DNA of 63,889 nucleotides from Octopus bimaculoides. Lineage: Eukaryota. Below the pieces are notes generated by a model. The model saw only the letters and a program-made list of their open reading frames with translations, made no database searches and was not told the origin of the DNA. The position numbers were made by a program, and so were the translations under genes. The DNA lies in NCBI RefSeq assembly GCF_001194135.2, contig NC_068995.1, positions 35,520,588 through 35,584,476 of the forward strand, in the 5' to 3' direction. Positions 26,244 through 36,786 of this stretch are shown one piece after another. Positions within the stretch are counted from its first letter, which is position 1. Every line of letters starts with the position of its first letter.

Positions 26244-28015
26244 ATTCATGAACATCTTTCAATTCAGTTTCCATTTCTTGGCGAGTGTATTCCTGATACC
26301 CTGGGAAGAGAAACGATTGGTAGGCCCATTGCAATAAAGACACCAGATTGTTCCTTTACAAAGTCATGCAAAACAGAAAAAGTGGATGAAATATAGAGAG
26401 AAAAAGGAAAACGTACAAAATAAACAAAAAAATAAAGGGGAAAAAGGAAACAAAATTCACAGCAACAGTGCTCTTCTCAGTACCTGTGACGTACCAGCTA
26501 AGACAATCTTTTGCATTTTCTGCATGGATGGTAAGCCAGGGATCATTCTTAAATAATTTTCACTTCCTCTTTTGATCATTCCATACGGTCCTACAATCAC
26601 TAGTATTGTAACGGTCTTGAGATGTCATATCTTTTCGATTTCGATTAGCAAATCTTTATATTTTCTGAGTTTATCAAATTCTTTTGCCGACATATTATTG
26701 TCACAGGGTATGCTCATATCAATCAATAAACAGACTTTATTGTTTTCGTCTTGCACAACAATATCTGGTTTATTTGCTTTGATGATCCGGTATGTACATA
26801 CTGGGAAGTCCCAAAGAATCGTTACATTATCTCCCTCAGTTACAGCCTCGGAGTGGTGCTTGTACCATTTGTCAGCAGTTTTGATTTTATAATGCCAACA
26901 CATTATCCAATGTAGATATTGGCCAACTCTGTAGTGTCTTGATTTGTACTCTACAGGGGCTAAAACTTTACAACCAGATATCAGACGGTCCACTGTTTCA
27001 ATCTCATCGTTGCAGTATCAGCACTTTGGGTTTACACCATTTTTCATCACATTGGCTGCTAATCTTGAAGAGCCAAGATAAAGCCTTTACTCTCTGCCTT
27101 TAGCCCTAAGCTCTGTATCCACTGATGGGTGTTTTTTTTTCTGGTCTACATCAGTTTGTTTGCTACCGGCCACGTATTTGCAATGCAGAGGTTTTTGTTC
27201 CCACCTATCAGCCAATTGTTCAAACGCATTTTGCTTTGCTGTTGATTTCACCTTCTTTGCAACAACAGTTACTGCACTTCCATCATGGTTTTAAACCTGG
27301 GTATTATGCATAAACTCACTTGAAAATGTGTTGCTCTCCTTCATAACAGAATGAAGCTTATTAGGCCTATCATGGTTTTCAACAAGCTTTAGCATCCAGT
27401 CGTTAGATGTTTCAGGATATTTTGCCAGTCCAACTGTGGTGGTTTTGTAAGAGATTTCAAATTGGATCAAGCCTCGACGTCCTTGAGCTCTGGGTAGGTA
27501 AAGATGATCTGCGTCTGCCTTTGGGTGGTGCAACTTATTGCAAGGCAGCAGCTTAAGAATTTTCCTCTCAATCTTCCTTCTTTCGTTCACATTCCAGTTA
27601 AACACATTGAAACTATACATAACCGGGACTGCAAAAGAATTTATAGCTAACACCTTGTTACGTGCATTTAACTCAGATTTTAGGACTGCTCGAATTCTCC
27701 TGTAACATTCCTTCCTGATCTTCTCTTTCATGCATGCATGCTGAATGCCAAAGCCCACATTTATTCCTCGGTGTTTGTAAGTTTGTTCCTGCTCGAGATC
27801 CTTTATGACTGCGTTAACACCCAACACCACTGAAAATGAGGTCGTCAATTTCCCTTTCTGGATAGAGGCCTTGGCACATTTATCAAGAACGAATTCAATC
27901 CCGATGTCATCACTGAATGATTTAACAGTACGTAGTATTCCTTCAAGCTCATTATAGTCTTTGCTATAGGGCTTTAAATCAAGAATATAAAATAGATGAC
28001 TTATCTTCTTGTATT
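26244..28015 (-). mobile_element. 5'-truncated R4/Dong-like LINE (RT C-terminus, zinc finger/RLE, 3' UTR)
   Basis: KISHLFY..DLK, DDIGIEF, HPKADADHLYLPRAQGRRGL, TVDRLISGCKVLAPVEYKSRH, ILWDFPV..NKPDIVV..LIDMSIP. The 3' UTR ends in (AAT)n at 26243. Confidence 0.92.
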
Positions 28016-28244
28016 AGGGCTATTCAAAAAATTAAAGGTGAAAGTGAGTCACTTTGGAAAATGCTGCAGTTGATATTAATATTTTTTGCAGTCACCAGTC
28101 TATTAGAGTAGTATAATTGGAGATTCGTATTCCTGACATGTTGTGCTTCAGGAAAGTTTGAAATCACAGGAGAAATTTTGAATCTATCCAGCGATTTCAA
28201 GATTCATGAATGCGGTATGCTGTCAAAGGCTTTTTTGATAATAG

Positions 28245-28738
28245 TATGTTTACGTTTGCTTTAGGGTACAGTGCCCCATGCAGCGTCACCTTCTCATCCT
28301 TCTATACAGTGTTGATATTTCCTCCTTAGTCCATCCTGAAATGGATGCACTGTATCTGACCATCTCAACTGCCCAGATATTTATTGCAGTAATCAAAATT
28401 TTGGCATTCAGGTTGGATTTCACCAACATCTTCACCCTTTTTTTATACGCCTCGCTTATCCTGACTTTCATTTCTCTGTGTAGAATACCATCCAGCTCCA
28501 AAATCTCTAAATACCTATACCCACTACCGTCGGGTTCACCCATAGTCTCTCCTGATGGTAACCGCAATCCTCTGCAGGCTGCTTTCTTCCCTCTTTTCAT
28601 ATTAAGTACTGAGCATTTGATAATCCTAAATTCCATACCGATGTCTTTACCACACTTCTGGACTGTTTTGGCTCAGGAATCCATCTGTTTTTCAGATTTC
28701 CCAAACAATTTCAGGTCATCGATAAACATTTTTTCCTC
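28245..28738 (-). mobile_element. R4/Dong-like LINE RT fragment
   Basis: MFIDDLKLFGKSEKQMDS, DIGMEFRIIKC, YRYLEILE, LNAKILITAINIWA, GALYPKA. Confidence 0.85.
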
Positions 28739-28744
28739 CACATC

Positions 28745-29276
28745 ATAAGTTATGGCTGCTGCTATCTACATTACGTCGTATCCTGCAGGTATTTCTTCTA
28801 CGGTTATTTTTGCCGTTCTTCTACCCAAATACGTTGGTAGTAGACTTATTTCCTCATTTTTTAAAGTTATTGTTGATAACTCCTCAGCCGTGTTCTCATT
28901 GGCAAACTGTGCTTCTACCGTGCCATTCTTTTTACCACGTCCAACATACACAATTTTATTCCATATAGGTGCTAGACACCTTTCAATTATTTCACTTTTA
29001 CAAGTTACAATTCTTTTTCTTTTAGGTTGTACGTTTTATAAGCCACTGTTCTTGCAGCTATATTGTGTACAATTTCCTAGGGAGGGAGTAACTTCGTATC
29101 ATTTCCGTTCTTTTTTACGAGATTTCCGTACTTAATTCAGCCATCTCCACCTCTAGCGTTACCATATTCCCACATACGGCTGCCAAGAAACTGGATTTTT
29201 CCACAAACACTTGTCTTACATTATCAGCTTCGCCGTTTGTTACTCCTTCCATTTCTGGGAAATCTCCCTTAGACAT
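28745..29276 (-). pseudogene. Degenerate gag/ORF1-like protein, copy 2
   Basis: ATG at 29276. DTKLLPP*..RTVAYKTYNLKEK..ERCLAPIWNKIVYVGRGKKNGTVEAQF..LLPTYLGRRTAKITVEEIPAGYDVM*IAAAI is colinear with copy 1. Truncated by the LINE fragment. Confidence 0.65.
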
Positions 29277-29620
29277 TACGTTGAATTGCATAATGCAACT
29301 TTACAGAAAAATAAGTTCCTTAAAAAGGAATATACAAATGACAAAAATAATTTTGACAAAAAATAATTATTGCCAAAAAAATAATACTTTTTACCCTGCA
29401 AAGGGTAAGAGTTCAAATCACAAAAAGTCCATTAGCAGTTGTTTCCAACAATATTAAAATATTTTACAATTGTCTGCCCCGCAGGGCGAAAATGACAGTT
29501 CACAGCAGTTCAAATTTCAACAGGTACGACATACAGTGCAATAACAAAGAAACATTAGATAATAACAAATAGAACTCACAAACATGCAGTAGCCAACACC
29601 GAGATGTAGCTATGAGATGC

Positions 29621-29680
29621 GACTCTGAACGAACTTATAGAGCTGTAGCTTTATATATAATTCAGTCAACACGTTGACTG
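29621..29680 (-). promoter_or_regulatory. Putative TATA box plus initiator core promoter upstream of the ORF1-like relic
   Basis: Minus-strand TATATAAAG starts at 29657 and TCAGAG (A at 29626) lies 31 nt downstream. It is preceded by the perfect inverted repeat cagtcaac-ac-gttgactg (29663-29680). Confidence 0.45.
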
Positions 29681-29750
29681 GTTTGCGCTAGTAGATCGCC
29701 CGACCGAGGTAAATAGCGAAGTGTTAGCACTAAGCAGTGTGTAAGAAAGA

Positions 29751-30049
29751 GCAGAATTAAGTTTAAGTTGAAATATGCTTGTCACATATTTCAACTGCTA
29801 AAAGGCAAATACACTGCAGTTATCGTGGAGAATAAATCTCTCTTATGGTAAAAAGGTGTGAAAACACCCGGTTCGTTCCGTGTAACCGTCGTTATGACTG
29901 GGATTCCTAATAGATGGCGACACTGAACGAACGGGATGTTTTCACATCTTTTTACCATGAGAGAGATTATTCTCCATGGTAACTACAGTGTATTTCCCTT
30001 TTAGCAGTTGAAATATGTGACAAGCATACTTCAACTTACCTAATTCTGC
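29751..30049. mobile_element. Fold-back/MITE-like element with ~135-bp inverted arms
   Basis: The left arm gcagaattaagtttaagttgaaatatgcttgtcacatatttcaactgctaaaagg...cccggttcgttc is the near-exact reverse complement of the right arm gaacgaacgggatg...cttttagcagttgaaatatgtgacaagcatacttcaacttacctaattctgc. Confidence 0.85.
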
Positions 30050-31130
30050 ATATAGAATATTCTTGTTTTTAATGAAACGTCTAAAGGTTGCTTTCTACAT
30101 ATATGTGTGTGTATGTATGTCTGTATGTATGTTTTTGTAGGTATGTACATATGTGTGTGTTTGAGTTTTTGTGTGTAAATGCGTGTATAAATATGTGTGT
30201 ATGTATGTAGGTGTCTGTGTGTGTGTGTTCATATAGGCTATGTATGCATGCATCTTTATATGTATATGGATAAGTATGAATATAACTGCGTATTTCTTTG
30301 TCTATGTATTAATACTTGCATTGTATATCTGTATATCTTGTGAGAGTTTGTGTGCTATAGAAAATTCTTTACAAATCAACTGTTTTCCTTTAAGCTCGAA
30401 GGTCAACTGATACATTCTCCAATCATAAAAAACAGTAAGATCAATATTATTTCTTCTTCATTTCATCAGTTTGTTCGTTGATCAGCTTCAAAAATTTGCT
30501 GTCTATTCTTTTTTTTTCTCTTCCGAAATGCTAATAGTTAACTGATTAAAATATTTCATTAATAGATTACATAAACACTTCTGGCTTCATGTAATATAGG
30601 AATATGGCGCATATGAAGAACATGAAGAAGCATTATCATATAATATTACTGAATCAGGATAGAAAGTCTAACAATGATAAAACGAAGCAGGGTGTCTCAC
30701 TGTTTTGAATATTTTCACATTTAAAAAAATTTAACTATAAGGAACCATTTTCAAAAGTTTCTATTGAAAATTAACTAGAAATTATCATCACAAGAAAATA
30801 ATTGAATATGTTGAAATTGATCTTCCCACAAGCGGTGATTAACGCTAGATAATACAAATTTTGTTGTTACTGGTGTTAGATTGAATATTTTTTAGTTAGG
30901 CATTAATCTCTGATAAGGAGACGATATTCAACGGTAACTATTTGAAAATATTATTTTATAATCAAAATATAGCAACGTAAATCATTTAGAATATTGTATT
31001 GTTAGTTGATGTATTANNNNNNNNNNNNNNNNNNNNNNNNNNNNNNNNNNNNNNNNNNNNNNNNNNNNNNNNNNNNNNNNNNNNNNNNNNNNNNNNNNNN
31101 NNNNNNNNNNNNNNNNNNNNNNNNNNATAA

Positions 31131-31454
31131 CTGGCACTCCATCGGTTACGATGACAAGGGTTCCAGTTGATCTGATCAATGGATCAGCCGGCTCGTGAAA
31201 TTTACGTAGATGTGCCTGAGCAATCCATAGATACGTATACCGTTAATGTAGTTCTCAAGGAGATTTAGCGAGTCACAGAGTTTGACAAAGCTGGCCCTTC
31301 AAAATACAAGTACTACTCATTTTTGCCAGCTGAGTGACCTGAATCAACGTGAAATAAAGTGTTTTGCTCAATGACACGAGGCGTCACCGAGAATTGAACT
31401 CCTGACCTTGGATCGTGAGCCGAATACCCCAACCGCTAACCTGCATGCCTTCAC
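31131..31454 (-). mobile_element. SINE family C variant with a CORE-like central domain
   Basis: Shares the 3' domain with 20587-20921 and 50699-50897. The middle (minus strand) reads tcattgagcaaaacactttatttcacgttg..cactcagctggcaaaaatgagta, resembling the CORE-SINE domain (inference). Confidence 0.75.
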
Positions 31455-31591
31455 TACATATATATATATAATCAATACTATGCACAATCACTCCTTAAAA
31501 ATCCAACAATTGTTTCAATTGCTTTAACACACACGCGCGCAAACGAACACACAGACACACACATACATACATATATATATATATGTGTGTG

Positions 31592-31666
<75 letters not shown>

Positions 31667-31679
31667 TATAGAAGAAACA

Positions 31680-32540
31680 ATGATGGGTACCCGACTAAGC
31701 TTTTGAACAATAAAAAATGTTTATAGAACTGCTGCTAGCAGATTGAAAACGCAATCGAACTGCAAGGACAAAACTTTAAGAGGCAGTTACAAAGAAATCC
31801 ACGAACAGGACTCACCTTACTAGAAATGTATTTTCTAAAGTACAAAAATATTTTACGGGAGACGTGAAATAACAGTTTCAAATTGAAGTGCCCATCATAG
31901 TTTAAAGTACTGTCTTTGTACACGTTACATTTCAAGCATATTCTCTCAATAAAGATGATCCAAACCGAAGAATGGAGTTTGGCAAGATATATAGAGGATA
32001 CACATTTTCCATCAAAGACTATTTGGATTGATGAGACTACATTAAAATAAAATAGCTCTATTAAACACCAGCATTGTACCTACTAGCGACCTGAACGTTT
32101 GCATATTGCAGTATGGTAATCATCAAAAGCTTACCTTCAAAAGGATTAAGTGAAGCATTTTGTTTTGATGGTACCTCTGATAGGTCCCATTCACTTGAAC
32201 TTGCTGCGATAATCTATCATGATAAGCATTGAAGACGACTTTGAAGATGTACAATTTTATTTCCAGCAGGATGGGGCACACCATAGTATCCTAGTAACGT
32301 AAGGGCATACCTTGGTGAGATTTCGCCTAACAGGTGAATTAGTTGAAGAGGTCCCGTGTTCACTGGACTTCACACTACAAGACTTTTTTTGCGACACCAT
32401 TGCTTCGCGTCTTCAGCAGTGCTTAGATCAGAACGGTCACCAGTTTGAAAACAGATATTCATGAAATAATTAAATTCTGTTTCTCAATTCTATCAAATTT
32501 TGAAAATGAAATGTATTATTTTAACAAACGCTGAGTCTTT
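31680..32540 (+). mobile_element. Highly decayed Tc1/mariner-superfamily transposase relic (DD37D-DD41D-like)
   Basis: Remnants MMGTRLSF, NKDDPNRRMEF, KTIWIDETT.K.NSSI, FYFQQDGA and SRLQQCLDQNGHQFE occur in the expected order, with many deletions. Confidence 0.6.
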
Positions 32541-33039
32541 GACCATTCAATATGTGTCTACATTTTAGAGAGGAAAATCCAATATATGTATATGTATGTA
32601 CGAGCGTCTGTCTGAGTGTGTGCATATGTGTGAGTATAAAACTGCCAGACATACAGGCAAATTAGGGGAGATACAGACAAAAAGATCGATAAGCAATCTT
32701 GGAAGCAAAGATATATCTGCATCAAACGAGCCTAAAGTATTTCAGAGAAAATCGTCAACAAATCAACAGCAACGAAAACGAAAACTGGTAAAAGAATTAA
32801 TAAAAATCAGGAATAAGAATGAAGATCTACTTCATAGAACAATACATTCAGATAAAATATTACTTCATAACTATGTTACAGGATTTGTATGTATATTGTG
32901 ATCAGTAGAGATTTTATATCAGTTATCTGTCTCTGACTGTCTACAATGTGTTGTCGTAATTCTTTCAATCTTCCTTTAACTGTTTCAATCTTAATTTCAT
33001 AATTTTGTTTCTTTTTACTTGAAGAGTGGAGTATGTGAG

Positions 33040-33325
33040 AATGAGAGTGAGAGAAAGAGAGAGATGGGGAGAAAATATTTCCTGAGAATCCACTTTCACG
33101 GTCATATTTATTTCGGATTAGTGTGTTCTCGATTGACCGTTGACTGAACACTATTCAATTTTTTTTCTCCGTGTTTTTCTCCTTGTCTCCGTATTCTTTC
33201 TGTTGAAGAGCGTAGCTCGAAACGTCAAAGACTTTCCGTATTCCCGAGCGTCATACTAATATATACTTTTGTTATTTACACCACCTGTCCTCGTCTGTTG
33301 TTATTTTTTGTATATTCTCCCATGT
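33040..33325 (+). mobile_element. Penelope-like element pseudo-LTR remnant
   Basis: ctgttgaagagcgtagctcgaaacgtcaaagactttcc...taatatatacttttgttatttacaccacctgtc is a pattern typical of PLE termini. It ends in a TA repeat and a gap. Confidence 0.55.
33195..33231 (+). ncRNA. Minimal hammerhead-ribozyme-like motif
   Basis: tcttt|ctgttga|a gagc gta gctc|gaaac gtc|aaaga. Stem I tcttt/aaaga, 4-bp stem II, palindromic AC-GT stem III, GUC triplet. Core reads CUGUUGA (A6>U). Confidence 0.45.
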
Positions 33326-33584
33326 ATGTAAATATATATTTATGTAAAGATATGTATATATATATATATNNNNNNNNNNNNNNNNNNNNNNNNNNNNNNN
33401 NNNNNNNNNNNNNNNNNNNNNNNNNNNNNNNNNNNNNNNNNNNNNNNNNNNNNNNNNNNCTTTACATAAATATATGTATATACACATATGCATAATATAT
33501 ATATTATAGTACAGTGGTTATACTCGGTGTGTATTTGATCTACTGTACATTCTGTCTTTATTAGTTTGTATATTTTTTTATCAT

Positions 33585-34577
33585 TTTATATATTCTGTCT
33601 TGATGCATGTAATTTGGTATTGTTTCGTAAGAAATAAAAGGTATATATTTGATACTAAATTCTATATCTATATATATCGACGGTTAACTTGTATATCGGA
33701 TATTTTCTCTTTGTTTTATCGACTCAGTCGACAGACAGCAGTTACATCAATGAGTTCATGGAAGACAGGAAAAAATATAACTTATTTTTGATATCCAATG
33801 TAAAGTGGATACGTAAACAACCACGAAAGGAAAAAGAGTAAATATTTTATGTCTGTTGAACTGAGATTATTGATTATTTAGTGTTTGTTTGTTACATGGT
33901 AATAATTTACCTCACGAGACAAAAATAAAAATGGGAATAGATCACACAATATATCGTAATCGAACAAAATAATGTGTTGTTATCTGTAAATACGTAGGGG
34001 GTGGCAAAAATAATAGAGTAGTCAGTATTATGAGACACCAAGGAGGAGGCTATTTTGGGATCTAACTAGGCTCTTACAATTTTAAGCTTCGTATCAGTAA
34101 GTTTTTATTCCTTGTATTTTCTTTGTATAACTATATTTCATTTAATGTAAAACAAATATTTGAACACATATACGTCATTTGAACAAAAATATTTTATTTT
34201 TAATGTTCATACACATCCTTGGAAAAGAGTTAAGAATATTACGTACGGTCATCCTGTTTCCTTTATAGGCTGAATCCAGCTCAAATATTTTATGTTTCTT
34301 ATTTAAAGAACATTAAGGTTTTCAATGCTATGCTTCCACATATTCCCTTGCTTTTAAATCTAAAATCGTCGTCTATGTTTATGTGTCTTTAGTGGTGAGT
34401 TGAGACACCTATTTTGATGAAAATTCTCTGAGCCCACTCAACTGTTAGATGTTCGTTAATTTATATATTCTGTCTTGATGCATGTAATTTGGTATTGTTT
34501 CGTAAGAAATAAAAGGTATATATTTGATACTAAATTCCATATCTATATATATCGACGGTTAACTTGTATATCGGATA
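33585..34577 (+). repeat. 118-bp direct duplication (33585-33702 and 34460-34577)
   Basis: One mismatch seen by manual comparison; offset 875. Confidence 0.93.
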
Positions 34578-36022
34578 AGATGCAAGGGGACTTTGGTGGG
34601 GATTTAGGGAAAAAAAGTGCGCCTTATATGTCATGTCGGAAAATACGGTAATTTCTGATTAATTGAAACTTTCTTATGGACTACAGCTAATATTCCTAAA
34701 GAATACAGAAGAGAACCCAGGTGGAAAAAAAATGATGACATCAACAGTCCGTGCTGCTATATTGAATGGTTAACCACAGCATTAAAATGTAAGGGAATAA
34801 TGATTAACACATTATTAAGACCTTATAAAAAACTATATCAAAATTTTTTACCTACATTCCAGCGATGAAACTTCGTAACATTGTTAGAAGCAAGCTTCTT
34901 GCAGATATATCTTAAATAATAAAAGCTAGAAAAGAACATATGCATACATATATATTAAAACCAGATATTTCCTCCGGTTCTAAAGATTCTGGTAACAGTA
35001 ATTGTGTGCAGCTGCAAAGGGGTGGGGATCCGAATGTATTGAACACTCTCTGACCTTTTGTGCGTACATCTTTGCCATTTCGGCAACCAACATCTTCAAT
35101 AAGAAGCAGTTCGGTGTTTTGAGTGATTACAGCCCTTGTGAGCATACATGTATACATTTATGTGCTTTTCCTACAGCATTAGAGGATTTTAGTTCTTATT
35201 TCTAGCAATGTAAGTGTCTTGACACACTTAGTCGCGTTTAAAAATAAGCAATACAATTAAGCATTAAAGATTAAAAATTAAGAATTAAAAATTAAGAATA
35301 AAAATTATACTTTGTAATATTAAGAATTAAAATTTATAAATTATACATTATAAATATGAATTAGTATATATATATATATATATCAATCATGTAAAGTATA
35401 TATCAAATACAGAATGTGAGATATAAGATTAAACATCAGAATAAAAATGTCTGTGTTTAAATGTGATATATAACAAGAAAATTGTTAGCTGACGCTCTTT
35501 GATAAGCTATTATGGTTGTCTAAGTTACAAATCTTAGCTTAACACTACCAAATACCACCACTGATTTCCACCTTCACCAGTATTGCCCATCATCAATAAT
35601 ACTAAGCCTACCGAAGGCCTGATCTTCAGCACATAAGATATAAGGGGACTTTGGTGGGGATTTAGGGGAAAAAAGAGCGCCTTATATGTCATGTCGGAAA
35701 ATACGGTAATTTCTGATTAATTGAAACTTTCTTATAGACTACAGCTAATATTCCTAAAGAATACAGAAGAGAACCCAGGTGGAAAAAAAATGATGACATC
35801 AACAGTCCGTGCTGTTATATTGAATGGTTAACCACAGCATTAAAATGTAAGGGAATAATGATTAACACATTATTAAGACCTTATGAAAAACTATATCAAA
35901 ATTTTTTACCTACATTCCAGCGATGAAACTTCGTAACATTGTTAGAAGCAAGCTTCTTGCAGATATATCTTAAATAATAAAAGCTAGAAAAGAACATATG
36001 CATACATATATATTAAAATCAG
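34575..36022 (+). repeat. ~390-bp direct duplication (34575-34964 and 35633-36022)
   Basis: Colinear at offset 1058 with about 7-8 substitutions and no indels. Confidence 0.93.
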
Positions 36023-36084
36023 TTACTGGACCACTGATGGAAATCGAGCAAATGCGCCTTTCACAGAGGGGACAAACAAGGACA

Positions 36085-36261
36085 GAGAAAGGGATTAAGT
36101 CGATTACATCGACCTCAGTGCGCAACTGGTACTTATTTAATCGACCCCGAAAGGATGAAAAGCAAGATCGACCTCGGCGGAATTTGAACTCAGAATGTAA
36201 CGGCAGAGGAAATACCGCGAAGCATTTCGCACGGCGTGCTAACGATTCTGCCAGCTCGCCG
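36085..36261 (-). mobile_element. SINE family A
   Basis: Minus strand: gcggcgagctggcagaatcgttagcacgccgtgcgaaatgctt...ttctgagttcaaattccgccgaggtcga. Confidence 0.9.
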
Positions 36262-36521
36262 CATAATATAAACGTTATCTGGTAATCGTTATACATATGG
36301 AAACAGGAATTCGTTGTTAATAAACGTAGTGAAACATTCAATAGACAATTGTTTTATACAAGAATATACGATCTCTTTACCGTGTGGAGTAGTGTGATTG
36401 ATTGTAAACAAAACGTCTTTTCTTCTTACAAGCGTAATCGTTAGTCTTCTATTAAATTTGACTTGTTGCAAATACATTTTTTATAAATGTATGTATGTGG
36501 GTATATTTGTGTGCGTGTGTG

Positions 36522-36536
36522 TAGATAGATAGATAA

Positions 36537-36598
<62 letters not shown>
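36522..36598. repeat. (GATA)n microsatellite in the intron upstream of the GPCR exon
   Basis: Direct reading. Confidence 0.95.
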
Positions 36599-36743
36599 CC
36601 AAACATACATACATACATACATACATAAAGATACATATGTATATGTGTGTCTATATATATATATGTTAGAGGGCGATGTGTGTGGGTTTATGTGTACGTG
36701 TGTGTGTGTGCGTGCTCGTATATCCCGAATACATAACGAATGT

Positions 36744-36772
36744 TATTAACATACTTCATTTTCTATTTCCAG
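36744..36772 (+). promoter_or_regulatory. Branch point, polypyrimidine tract and 3' splice acceptor of the GPCR coding exon
   Basis: TATTAAC (36744-50), then cttcattttctatttccAG (AG at 36771-72), 14 nt before the ATG at 36787. Confidence 0.7.
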
Positions 36773-36786
36773 ACGTTAACTGCAAT

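Noticed and set aside
36676-36786. N-terminal extension MCVGLCVRVCVC... of the GPCR ORF
   Set aside because: It lies in a GT repeat upstream of a good splice acceptor, so it is intronic.
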